A stretch of 62,695 nucleotides of DNA, filler included, from Choristocarpus tenellus KU-1152 (lineage: Eukaryota > Protista > Phaeophyceae), in the NCBI GenBank assembly GCA_964200185.2. It is 13 parts of 13 records of this genome, joined end to end, with 100 filler letters (N's around TTAATTAATTAA, not from the genome) between each part and the next. Parts side by side here need not be neighbours in the genome. Positions count along the whole stretch, not along the records: positions 30,083 to 36,781 come from CAXNAD020007537.1; positions 36,882 to 45,695 come from CAXNAD020004300.1; positions 45,796 to 48,889 come from CAXNAD020022363.1; positions 48,990 to 53,457 come from CAXNAD020014406.1; 9 more parts are not named here. The stretch is one strand, 5' to 3'. This document shows positions 36,501-49,031 of this stretch, in pieces. The notes beneath the pieces were generated by a model. That model saw only the letters and a program-made list of their open reading frames with translations. It searched no databases and had not been told where the DNA came from. The stretch's first letter is position 1. Each line of letters opens with the position of its first letter. Position numbers and translations under genes: made by a program.

Positions 36501-39482
36501 TTTGCAGCTAACTCCAACGCAGGGTGTGGCCAACCTCTCCACAACCAAGGGCAAAACCTACCTCTTTGTTCGCGGCGTAAATCACAATTGCGGTCTTGTG
36601 AGGTATGAACTGCCCGTACGTATCCGCCCAGTAGTCTATCCAGGATATCACCAGGTCTCGCTTCGGAGCCATGTCCTTCTCTTTGTTCCTGCCCTTCCTG
36701 TTGTAGTAGCGCACATATGTATATATGGATGGGAAGTGTGTTGGAGGTGGATATAAGGGACGGGGGATGGAATCGTAGGCCNNNNNNNNNNNNNNNNNNN
36801 NNNNNNNNNNNNNNNNNNNNNNNNNTTAATTAATTAANNNNNNNNNNNNNNNNNNNNNNNNNNNNNNNNNNNNNNNNNNNNCCGTGCACCATTTTGGGTC
36901 AAACCCATCCTCCATAGTATGCTCCATCCTCAATTTCGCTGAGAGGCTGTTACTGTTTCTACTCATATACACATATACTCCCTTCTTACCCTCTTCACCT
37001 ACCTCCACCCCCAATGCGTTGATGGTATCCAATGGTGTACTTGCAGGACATCGCCTTTGCAGCTCTCAATGGTCAGTAGATGTGCCTCCCAAATTACGGA
37101 GGTCGAAATGCTACTGTTCACATGAGTCAAGACATCTGGCCACCCTCCATGTTGCTGCAATCTCAGGGATGGAAGAACAGCTCCCCTAAGGTTGTGGAGT
37201 TTGTGGAGCGTGTCCACCATGAAGAGCGCTGTCCCAAGAAAAACTGTTGGTTGGAACCCCTCAATTTTTCTCAAGTGAGACTCTGGGGTTGATGGGGTCA
37301 TTCTGGTATCACCTTCAAGAAGGATTTCGTCCAGCAGGACACACCTCCATTGCCTGTGCAATGCTGCATGCTCTGTGTACACTACTCCACTCATGCTTGT
37401 AACTCCTCATGCCATTGTGTGGTGAGCTCAGGGCTCACTCTTCTGTATATCTTTAATGGGTAGCCTGATGCTCCTTTGTACGTAATGTTCTTATATAATG
37501 TATATTGGTGTTTGAAGATTTCGTAGAAAGATCTAGAGATAGTAAGGTACTTGTGCCTTAAGCAAATGTAGTTAAAGAGTATTTCAGCAGTAGATATTGA
37601 ACTCAACTGGTGTTTCTACTTCCTATTAATAAGGTTGACCTATAGTGTTGCCAGAAATTTTATTCATCAGCACCTTCTGTGCACAAAGTAATGTGAGGAA
37701 AAATCAGGTCATAGATATTAGAAAGTACATTTTGATCCAGGGCATTTGCCTAACCACTGAGTATATCTTAACTGTAGGAGGAAATTCTTACTCTGAAAGT
37801 ACAACGTAAGACTTTACAAATAATGTATACTATACTCTCTTTGTAGTACACTCCTCCCCCACCCACCCCTTCCGTCAAAACCGATTTGGAGCGATATTCG
37901 AATAGGACAGAATTCAGACTCACGTCAATTTTTTTATCACGAGAGGTCAGACAAGACAGCGTCATTGAAGTCAGGAGTGAGTGAGCAGGTTGGCTGTAAC
38001 TCATTTTCAGTCTGTGGAAAAGGACCCTGTGACAAGTTGGAGGTTATTATATCAAACTCTCTTCTCTTGCCAAGGAAACCCAGAATTATACTCCAAAAAG
38101 AATAAAGTATGATACACAAACTCAACATTCTATCTTGTGTCCAATGGCTAAGAACAGTGAACGCATCCTGTATGATGAGGTGATTCAATACGATAACAGT
38201 ATAACACTCTCTTTGAAATTTCAAACTAGATTGTGGATTGTCAGGGTTGATTCTGAATCGCATACACTCTGAAACACACTTGCATTGATATTCTACAATC
38301 CTTTTGTCTCATGATGTAATAGCCCTCAAAGGAACATGATGAAAAATCTGGTGTATCTTCCCCTTCTGATTTATCAGAATCTGTGTATCATATCATTATC
38401 ACACAAGTTAAAGATAAAGCTCTGTTAAGACACCTTGAAGGCGTCTACGTTGTTGTACACTTGAGAAAAAAGAAAAGGTACGCTTCTTCATGCCCAGGAA
38501 AGAAAAATACACAGAGATGCAAGGTGCAACGTGCACCTGGAGTCTTTAAATGAGAAATGTACTGGATTGAGCATTAATTGGTCATTCTACATTCTAACGG
38601 AGTAGAGATAGGTATGGTCCTGGTCTATTGGTACGTATGGTTGAGGAGTGTGAGTAAGCCAAATTAATCAAAGGGGTACCTACACAAGTGGCAAAAAAAA
38701 TGATACGGTCAGTGTTTTTGGTGGCAGGGGCCTGTTGTTGATTGGTGTAACACTTGTCACTAAATGGGTCACTCAATGTAGGATTGCTCTACCCCACCCC
38801 AGAGGTCAGTGACAGGTAGGTGTCATAATGACAATTAAGTGGTTCGTCCTCTTCATAGGTATTCCTGTATTATCTAGTGGGTTACTTGTAAAGATGTACA
38901 TCCATAGTAAACTATCAGTATGCCAAGCAACACAGTTTGCGATACACAAAACCTAGACACATGCTTTTTCTATCTCAGCATCTCCGGGGCAAACACAAAA
39001 AAACTAATCAGCATACTTACCCACGGGCTTATGTATTTTTGTTAAATAACTACCATGCACACTGTATTCAGTTTCAAATAATACCTCATATATGATTTTC
39101 TCACACACAAATTTAACTTCAGCAAAGGTAATAGTACACACCCCAAGGAAAAGAGCACAATCCATCCAGATGCACTGTAGTATGGAAGAGAGGCCACCAC
39201 CTTAAATACAACAGCATTAATGGGAAAAAGCGGAGGGTGGAAGGCCCTGAACATGTTTCTGCTCATTGACAAAAAGCTCAAATGCAAGTTAAAGATACGG
39301 GATGCAATCAACTCCTCTTCACCATATGCCCTGGGATATAACATTGCCTACAATAATGCGTATGGAACAATCACCTTCAAGAAGTAATGCAAAATGGCAG
39401 AGAAAACGCTGAGAAGCATAGTACGTTCCTGACTATTTTCTGCCATCTCTAGGGACACAAAACACAGAAGATGATGATGGTG

Positions 39483-42400
39483 TCACTCTGCCTTCTCTCC
39501 AGTGGTAACGACCTTCTTTATGCACTGCGCCACATACTAGATAGATGGAATTAAAAAAAATTGAGAGGGGGAGGGCCAAGGTAAGAGGCACTATCATGTG
39601 GCATCCACAAACCTTTTTAGTTACATGGTGAAGTAAGCTGAAGTCATGCTGAGGACTACCACATGTGAATGTGAATAAACTCAAAACTAGATATTTGTAA
39701 GTGTTAATTAAAGCTGGACTTCAACCGCAATTTGTTGTATCTGATTCATAATAGATTCACACCAGGAGTGACAAATTAGGTGGCCAACATAGAAAAAGCA
39801 ACATTCATACCAATGGAATGGTTGAAGAAGTTGAAATCAGGAATCACAGGTTTGAATCCCTACCGAAGCACTCACTTTCTCCAGTCTCTTCACTTTCTAG
39901 AAGATAAAAGGGGACCTCTCAAAACAGTCGAAGGATGATGGTACCATGATCATGGATCCAGTGGTCATGGTCTCAATGGGAAAACACAAATATTGAGATG
40001 AACACTTTGAGAGTGCACTCTGCTAGTGAGACAGTGAATGGCCTACGGATTAAATCACAGCCTATGATTTTTGTCAAATATGGCAGGAACACTGTACAGA
40101 GTATGAACACAGGGAACTTTTCATATTTCCTTACATTTATCCCAGGAGAAATCGAATATGCTACAAATAATATTTTGGAGAGTACGTCCTTCATCCCAAA
40201 TGCAGAAACAGGAACAGAACTGAATCCATTTACAATTAATTTGATCGCCTGATCACAGGTCGATTTTGACACCCTCAACGGTTGTAATTTCAGAGCTGTA
40301 TCATCCACATAGCTAATACTAGAACAATTGGATATTCAGAATACTTCTATATTATATATCTTTGTGATTGGATAATCACTGGATTTAGGTTTGAAAAATA
40401 AATGAAAACATTAACGATAACAATTGTATGCCCTGCACAGAGTTTTTGCCTGCACAAGAGATTACCGATTCTCATCCTATCCACTTCACAGAAAAATGAA
40501 GGTGGAAGTCAACTGATGATTCAACCTATCTATGCAAGCTCTCCACTGTACCACTGGGGCAGTATGTTGTGTGACTTACTGTAATCCTACAAGTATTTAT
40601 TCTATACAGTAGCATTGCAACGCTCGACAAGTATTTATTTACATGCCACGTTGAGTCAATAGAATGCACTCACCTTACAAACATCCCCAACACCCTTACC
40701 CTCACTGAAGAAAATACAATCATCAATATCAACATCACTTGTGAATCAATATTCAACACTCTCTCAAACATGTAACTCTGACATAAGGGGTACTGTGCTC
40801 ACTGTATAGAACCTATATCCCCCACTTCCCCTACTGCATAAGTTGAGATAAGGACTATGTACTGTGCAGGCTGTCATTGACCTTGTTGGAGGGGGTAGTT
40901 ACCATACAAAAATCACAATTTACATCCTCCATGGGCAGCCCCCGAGGCATAAAATAAACCCATTCATTTACTTGGTGCATGCTGTTTGGGGTCTAATGAA
41001 TAGCACAGTGAGGAAGTCTGTCCAACTTTAGAGCTGGGGCACAAGCTGTACTCCACCATATTTTTCCAGGAATTTGTAGTGGGCATACTGAGAATACCCC
41101 TTTTCAGGACAGGGTTTGTACTTTTTTTTCAATTGTGAACTGACTTTCTGATCATTCCACACTCATAATGAAAGTTTACTATCCCAATTTTTGGGAACAT
41201 CATGATGTTGCAGATGAAAACCCTATCCTCTCTGCTTAATATTATGGCCAACTTCTGCATGGAAAATGAATATATGAGAGCTGGTCACAAGCTTTCTTGT
41301 CTCTGCTCCAGGGCCTCTCCCTAGTCAGAAGTTTTTTTACATTGTGGCACTCACAAGTGGTTGAGCGCTGAGACCCAAACAACTGCATCTAGGAAACTAA
41401 CATCCTAAGCCTCTAGACCAGTTGATTCAGAACTATACAAAGAGTTAAGTTGAACAAATTTACAGATGGTGCACACACAACTGAAAAGTTTGGCATGGAT
41501 ATACGCCAACTTGTCAGATTTTCAATCGATCCCAATCCATTCCAATCCAAACCACTTCTCATCCAGTTCCATCTCCTACCCTCCAACTCACCTTCACATT
41601 GGCCTTGTTGACACCAGCCATGCTTATCCTTCCTGAAGAGCTCATGTACACATGGTGATCCTCCCGAAGTCGCTTCACTTGCACAGTCGTGAGACCTGTG
41701 TAACCAAACATCCCCCTCTGTGTCACCAAGTGGTCCCAACATCCAGGAGCACCCACTGCCTTCAAGTTGTCAACCAGCAGCTGTCGCATTCTACTAATCC
41801 TTCCTGCCATAAAGGACAGCTCACCCTTCCACTGTCGAGAGGGACAAAAGTATGGTCCTGAATTAATTAGGCGGTGCTTTGATGAGCTGCAGATAATGGA
41901 ATGGTCGGTAGGTTGGCCATTTGGGGACAATAAAATTTAGTAGGCAGATCCATTCTCTACGGTGTTTATTGCACCTTCCCTATAAATAAAGGTGATTCCT
42001 CTTCACACCTGCTGTTTCAGTGCTTTATCGGACATTACCACAGCAGCTGCCCTGGCTCCCATAGCTGGGGGGTTAGAATACATAGGCCTTGCGAGTGACT
42101 TCAGGTTTCCCAGGACAATCTCTGCCTCCCTCCTTGAACTGCAGACGGCGTGGAGGGCACCTGTCCTTGTGCTGTACAACCCCATGCTCTTCGAGAATGA
42201 GCACACCACGAGAAACTGGAGTCCTCGTCGTTCAAACAGGCAAACGGGGTAAGCATCCTCTTCAAGCTTACCAGTTGCAAAGCCTTGGTAGGCATTGTCA
42301 AACAGTGGGATGAGGGCACCTTTTCTCACCACCTGTGTGTTTTGAGTATGCACATACACCCGCCCAGCCCAGTTCATTGGATGTTGCTTGGTGGGTCAAA

Positions 42401-44531
42401 CGGCTGCAAAACAACAGGGCACCTTAGCCTGTGTACACACACTCTCCCACTCTTAATAATATGTAGTACATGCAGGTATGTCAACAGCGTGTCCCACTTG
42501 AAGGACTAATTTTCCTCTATACTGCTCTTGAAACAGAGAAAAGATGTAAGTCTTACAGTGGAAACACAAAAATACCTGTAGGGAGTGTGGAAATAAGAGG
42601 TTTATCCCTATCCATCCTCTGTAATTCAGGGTCAATAGGCTAGAATGGGTAAGTTTTGGAAAGTAGAAGGTGTGTACTGTGGATGGTCCGAAGTGAAGTA
42701 CAGAAAATGCAGAATGACGTCAAAAGCATGAGATAATGCATCAAGATACACCTGAGAAGGAATATTTCTTAAATGTAAACCCACTTTCCTCTATTGTTAC
42801 CTCTGCAATTGACTCCCACTGGGAGGGTGTTGGATCCATCCCTGTGGGGTTGTGGGCACACACATGCAGTAACACCACTGCACCAGGTGGGGCTGCTCGC
42901 AGGTCTTCAAGCATGCCCTTGAAGTTGAACTCTTTCTCTCCCTCGTCATAATAACGATATCTGCACAGGGATAGGCCAAGGTCGAGGATTGAACAGGGTT
43001 GCATTACCCGAACATGAAGTTCTCGGTGTTTGCCGGGGGGTAGTTTATTGATGCTCTCCTTTGATGTAGCCACTTAGCTGCAAAAATTGACTGTGTGTAT
43101 AACCTGGGTCATGGGGCCTTGGAGCAAGGTTCAATTTCACGTTGTACTTTGCCACACATGGATTGTGGCAATGTAGAACCACAAATTTCCCCTACTGCTA
43201 TACTTACTAGTGTCAAGTAAGGGGTACTCATTACTGATCCAAACAAAAAGAGCCCCAACTGCCACCAATACCGTTCCTGGAAATATCTCATCACAATATT
43301 CATATACCCTATCAGGCGGTCTAAGGCTTCCTACAAGGAATATTTCAGTAGCGCCTATAAGACCTGAAACATGTGCTGAAATCGGCAGGGCTCAGTTGAC
43401 CTATACTTCAATGACTGGAGCCAGGACAAAGTGGTAAGGTACCGATCAGCGCGACACCAGAATCAATGAGCTCTTTGGTCGTTGCTTGGAGTATAGGCAA
43501 AATAGAGTGAAAAAGTAATAGTGTTGATCATTATTGGGAAACGTAGAGAATGTTTGGACACGCCTGCCCGAGTACAGTCCTCCACATCCATAGCTTCATT
43601 CCTTCAAGCGACGAAATAGAAATAGAATTGGACGAGGGAGAACTTGAGTACAAGGGAAGACAGGTGCCTGGTATTGAAGGTGCAACACAAACAACGATGC
43701 CGACATCTTAGCTAGAGAGATAAAAAGTTTTAAGCACCACCTCTTGACCCAAATCCATGTACGCCTGACAAACCACCACAGGAAAGCTAGAGATGAGGAT
43801 AGAGACAGAACCAGCGTGCTACGAAATAAACTGCTTTGCGCAGTGAAGTAACTCTTCTTAACTACCCAGTTTTACATCGGTGTCGTTGAAAGCACTAGTG
43901 CGAAACTTACCTGTGTAGACATTCTGGCGCCACACCGGACTCAAGAGCGATGTTCACGTGGTTAGGCCAGGATGGGCTAGGCACGTAAACCACTAAGCCC
44001 GACTCCAACTGATAAGGGATCCGACAGCATCGCTGGAGGAGTTCGAACGCCAGCCGTAATCCTCCTGTGCCCCCCACTGCCTGCACTGTGGCCACCAAAC
44101 CCTTCTTCAAGGCCTCACACTCTTCTCCAAACATGACCTCGGCAGCCTGAGTTTGAAGGGGAAATAAGAACAGAGTATGGGTGACTTCTTTTTATTCCAT
44201 GTTGGAGAGCTGAGATCGCCAGAACTGAACACACGAACTGTGCATCGTACAGCGATCATCCACAAAAGTTGTCGGCCAACATCCTTCACACCTTAACCCT
44301 AAACAACTTGGACCCTTCTATCGGTAGGTACTCCAGGTTTGACTCCGGGTCTTGAGCTAAACGTCTCTCCGCCTCTTTGATGACAGGCAAAAGGTACGGG
44401 AGACCCTCTTCATCCCTGAAAGCTCCGATTGTCAGATTGACCTTGATGGTACTCGTGTCCTTCAAGAAATCTGAGGCAAGAACAAAAATAGGGTCGTCTG
44501 GAATGGGGCTTATCTCTGCAAAGCAACCCAT
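39483..44531 (-). CDS. Aspartate aminotransferase (class I PLP enzyme), complete, ~417 aa (exons 44531-44292, 44146-43911, 42960-42801, 42332-42009, 41831-41592, 39536-39483)
   Basis: All junctions are GT-AG and in phase. Motifs KVNLTIGAFRD, VQAVGGTGGLR, PSWPNH, HVCAHNPTG, DNAYQGFA, SFSKSMGLY (PLP lysine), RPMYSNPP, GRISMAG. Ends YVAQCIKKVVTTGEKAE*. Confidence 0.95.
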
Positions 44532-45525
44532 CGCTGATGTACCGATGGTGTAGTCTTTTCAGTTACACTGTCCTGAGATTTTGTACCTTGTACAATCTAG
44601 TAGTTACCCTAGGCTGGTTTGGGGCTTGAGGACCACACCCCCTATATCCTCACCCCCTATTAAAGTTTGAAAACGTGTCTAAGAATTAGTTGATGTTCAT
44701 ACCGTATTATGGGTGTGACGTGTCCATCTCGTATCTTCTATCTCCTTCCAACTTACATTTGTACGTACTTCAATGTTGAACAAGTATTGGTTATTAGCAT
44801 AATATTCACAATATCTTCACAATTCTTCACAATAAAATATAAATACTATATTTCCTTAGGGCTAATAAGGACATATGTATAGTTTTCATTGGTTTCCCCC
44901 CTGACACATCTGCAATATGTCAGAGGGCATAATAATAAAAATTAACTATATATATCCACTTTTTTGAAAATATCCAACGGGATATATTTGACTTTAATGA
45001 TAAACATGTGATAAGTGTATTGAGAGGTAGACTTCCCTTGCAAAAAGCAACACAGAATAATGAAAAAGAAAAATCAACATACAAACAAAAGGGAAAGATT
45101 ATGAAGTAATCTGAGTTTTGTGGGCGGAAGAATTCAGGTTGGTTGGCACAGGGCAAGGAAGGGGATAGTAAAGAAATAAAAGTACTAAGGAGGGAACGAA
45201 GAGTTAAGATTGAGTGGTTAAGAAAATAGGTGGCAGACGGAGGCACAAGTAAGGGGAGAAGGAATGAACAGTATTGAATCGAATGAGGAAACCTGAGGCT
45301 GGGGAACAAGACGAGGAAGGCTAGATCAAGAGGACTCCCGAGCAAGCTTTCCCACCCACCCGCCCTGTCGCTTGCTCATGACCGACTTGGATCTCAGGGT
45401 GGGAGGGGAGGTCAAGTTCGGGCAGGGTAGATGTCTTCTAGCTCAAAGGCACAGTATGAAGGGGATGATGAAGCGGGGTTCTTGGATGATTGTGGAGTGG
45501 TGTTGAGTGGTGTTGAATGGTGTGG

Positions 45526-45695
45526 TGGAGTGGTAAGTGGGGTGGGGTTGACTGGAGTGGTAACTGGTGGGGGGTTGACTGGAATGGTAAGTGGAGTGGG
45601 GTTGGCTGAAGTGGTAACTGGTGTGGGGTTGACTGGAGTGGTAAGTGGAGTGGGGTTGGCTGAAGTGGTAACTGGTGTGGGGTTGACTGGAGTGG
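45526..45695. repeat. 27-bp minisatellite with 54-bp higher-order dimer
   Basis: Unit ggagtggtaa(g/c)tgg.gtggggttg(a/g)ct, six or more copies, running into the contig end. Confidence 0.9.
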
Positions 45696-45795
45696 NNNNN
45701 NNNNNNNNNNNNNNNNNNNNNNNNNNNNNNNNNNNNNNNTTAATTAATTAANNNNNNNNNNNNNNNNNNNNNNNNNNNNNNNNNNNNNNNNNNNN

Positions 45796-46320
45796 GGGTC
45801 AATGGAGGTAGATGCAGGGGAGGGGTCTGTTATAGCAGCTGAGATGAAGGAGCAGGAAGAGTTTGGGCAAGGGGATGGAGCATCTGGAGCAGAGGTAGAG
45901 ATGCGGGCTGTGGTAGGAGAAGTGAAGTCAAGGCCAGGGCAAGCAGGTTCTGTGGAGACAGGGTCAATGGAGGTAGATGCAGGGGAGGGGTCTGTTGTTG
46001 CAGCTGAGATGAAGGAGCAGGAAGAGTTTGGGCAAGGAGATGGAGCATCTGGAGCAGAGGTAGAGATGCGGGCTGTGGTAGGAGAAGTAAAGTCAGGGCC
46101 AGGGCAAGCAGGTTCTGTGGAGACAGGGTCAATGGAGGTAGATTCAGGGGAGGGGTCTGTTGTTGCAGCTGAGGTGAAAGAGCAGGAAGAGTTTGGGCAA
46201 GGAGATGGAGCATCTGGAGCAGAGGTAGAGATGCGGGCTGTGGTAGGAGAAGTAAAGTCAGGGCCAGCGCAAGCAGGTTCTGTGAAGACAGGGGCAATGG
46301 GCTTAGATGCAGGGGAGGCA
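45796..46320. repeat. 165-bp coding tandem repeat, 3 full copies plus a partial copy
   Basis: Units start at 45796, 45961, 46126 and 46291 and are near identical. Confidence 0.95.
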
Positions 46321-48889
46321 GAGTGTGCTAATGTGTCTCGATTAGGAATACTCAGTGGTGATGGGGCTCCTATAGTGCCTGCCATGGCACCTGCGATCGA
46401 GGCATTGACACCTTCATTGATGTCTCCCAAAGAAACCCAATCTGTCACAGTGGTTGGAGTACCAAGGGTGGTAAGGAAGGGGATGAGGGATAGCGGACCC
46501 CAAGCATATGTAGAGACAAGACATTCAACAAGAGAATGGAGGACTGGGTTGGCAAAAGTGAGGACTCAGAAAGCAGTGAAAACAGGTGCGCGTGCAACAG
46601 AGGCAAAGGTAGCAACTTCATCTGTCACAACAGACATGGGATCCTCTATGACTGTCAGTACTGTCACAGAATCAGAATTTTTGGGATCTCCAACCCGAGT
46701 TGCTTCTCCATTCCCCCAGCCAGAGAGCAGTGCTCTTTCCCTCGCTGCAAAGACCTCTCACATTCCAGAGAACGGTGGGGCTCAAGCTACTGTTCACAAA
46801 GATAACGTTCACAAAGATAACGTTCACAAAGATAACGTGAGAGCAGCCCAGTGGAGGAAACGGCGCAATAGGTGGGGGACATGTGCGATAGTGGAGAGTA
46901 CCTCAAAGAAGTCAAATCCTGTCACTGGTGAGTACTGTCGATCTTGTGATTTCCCCTCACGCACCACCCCCCCTCTTACATTCTTGTAGGTGTGCCCTCT
47001 ATGTACAGATGAATTTTTGTTCGAGGCATGAAATTGTCAGTTGATCCTTTCCTTGCTATCTACTTGCTCTCACCCTCACATCAAGTCAGACATTTTTTTG
47101 TAAACCCTTTTGTTTCTTTTGGATACGACCCCAAGACCTTTTACATTTCCAGCGGTTCTTGTTGCCCCTTTTCAGGTTCAAGTGCCTGCAATGTGACTGT
47201 TGGCAATCATGCTAAGTCACCCACACAGGAAGGGACAATGGCTGCGGTGATGGGATCATTGTTGGAGAGGATATACTTAGCAGGAGTGAGGGCAAGAGAG
47301 GAGCAGTTCCTAGAAAAAGTTCGGAAGGAACTCAAGGTTAGGGTGCAAACTGCAACAGGCACGGTAGTGACGGAACCAGTCCATGCAAATAGCTCCAGAA
47401 TGACTCCGGTAGACCTGGGCACTGAGAACATGCGAACTGAGCTTTCCCAGGATGTTTTGGCAAGGAAGAATCACTGGACCTGTAACAGAAACACTTTTGC
47501 ATATGATGGCTGTATTTCTGTTTCTGAGAGTGAAACTCGTCACGAACAACAAACTAATAATGTGATTACAAGGGTCTTTCCTGGTGGAGTAAGCTGCCAC
47601 GAGGTCTTTGATAGGTGTAGTGGGAGGTACGTAGGTATGGGGAGAGAGAGTGGGAGGGATAGGGATAGGGACAGAACCCAAGTAAGGGGCAGGGGGAGAT
47701 ATGCTGGGGAAGGTGAGGCTATTGTTAGGAACAAGAACCTCTGGAGGGAGAGGAGGAGAGCATGTGTGGAGGATAGTACTCGGTTTGCTTCTGATGGCGA
47801 TGGATGCAGGTTGAGGGATAGGTACGGAGACACAGAACGCACTGATGGGGATTCAGACAGGGACCAATATTGGGATACGGTAAATAGAAGTAGGGGTGCA
47901 AGGTCAGGTAGGCCTTGGAAGACGAACATGGATGCCAGGGAGAGGGAATCGGGAAGGGACAGGAGACGATTGGATGGTGATAGGCATGTGGGGAGGAAAG
48001 GGTATAGGAGCTGTGTGAGGAGTAGGAGTAGGAGTAGGAGCAGGAACCTTGGAAGGGACAAGACAAGAAGGTGGAACACTTCAGTTAGCTATAGGAGGTG
48101 AGAATTGAATTTTGTTTTATCTGTAATATGTTATAGTTCCTGTATTGGTATATAGCTGAGGCCAAGTGCTGTATCTTCTTTTGTGCCATTTTCGAAGACC
48201 ATTTTCGTGGCACAACGCTTGTGGTGATGGTGACTGCTTGGGTGCATTTGGATGCTATATGGAACATGTTTGTGTATGCATTCTATGCCCCTTCAAATTT
48301 CATGTGCTGTGTGGGATTTGAGCAGGGATAGGGATGCAGACAGGAGGAGCAGGAGCACAGACCGTGGTGGCACAGAACAAAGGGAAAGTCAATTATCCCG
48401 ACACAAAGGAAGTTTCCGAGGAGTCTCAAAGGAGGTGATGCTTAAAGATGTGGACTGGTATTGTCATCAAGAAACAACTGAGGCATTCAGTAGGGCTGAG
48501 CATGCTGGAAATGGGAATAGGAGAGGAAGGACAACAACCGACAGAAGTATTCCCAGGGATCAAGGCTCCTCTTCAGAGTTGCAAGAGGATAATTCTGTAG
48601 GTGGTGCTGGGCGAACAGGATGGGGTGACTCAAGGGTATACCGGCGGCATCTTTCTCCCCATTGTACACAAAGACATGCATTTTCTCGTGCAAGTTCTTG
48701 GTCAAGGTCCAGGTCCAGGTCTGGTGCCAGGACCAGGACCAGGACCAGGACCAGGACTCATAGCAAGAGTGAGAACAGGAGCAGGAACAGGAACAGGAAC
48801 AGGAACAGGTCGAGAATAGCACTAATGGGGCAACGGATAGGGGGTTCAACACTGGGTGTACCGGTGAGGTCCATTGATGGCAAGGAAAC
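45796..48889 (+). CDS. Low-complexity protein fragment: acidic 55-aa tandem repeats followed by RD/RS-rich region (exons <45796-46836, 47229-48097, 48326->48889)
   Basis: Three long ORFs joined by GT-AG introns in compatible phases (0 and 2). Confidence 0.6.
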
Positions 48890-48989
48890 NNNNNNNNNNN
48901 NNNNNNNNNNNNNNNNNNNNNNNNNNNNNNNNNTTAATTAATTAANNNNNNNNNNNNNNNNNNNNNNNNNNNNNNNNNNNNNNNNNNNN

Positions 48990-49031
48990 CAGATGGACAA
49001 CCGCCACCCCCCCCCCAAGGTACTTTGAGCC
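48990..49031. mobile_element. MITE family A terminus at contig start
   Basis: atggacaaccgccaccccc...tactttgagcc. Confidence 0.75.

Larger units (their letters stand above)
30083..36781 (-). pseudogene. Intron-containing Sola-like (DUF7869-type) DDD transposase pseudogene
   Basis: Exons encode VISWIDYWADTYGQFIP, ELYKDF...VSKAHFFRML...P.I...MKCDI, FMSVDAANQ, AHIEG...GGGCN, VDNCVSENKN...FMMVGHTHIKIDQFF, and a C-terminal LLVGKI...VDLHW SH3-like region. It carries frameshifts, an in-frame stop near 31331 and a MITE in an exon. Confidence 0.8.

Noticed and set aside
36882-38300. Short minus-strand ORFs as gag or host exons
   Set aside because: No recognisable motif or consistent splice chain.
39785-39870. 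tRNA gene (B-box-like GGTTTGAATCC; similar at ~16738 and ~53215)
   Set aside because: No cloverleaf can be folded. At best these are decayed SINE heads.
41290-41400. Candidate last exon of the aminotransferase
   Set aside because: It does not encode the expected terminal helix, whereas 39536-39483 does (YVAQCIKKV).
45744-46448. Long antisense ORFs (234 aa and 155 aa) overlapping the repeat protein; likewise 47540-48079
   Set aside because: These are by-products of stop-free tandem or low-complexity sequence. Splice signals support only the + strand.
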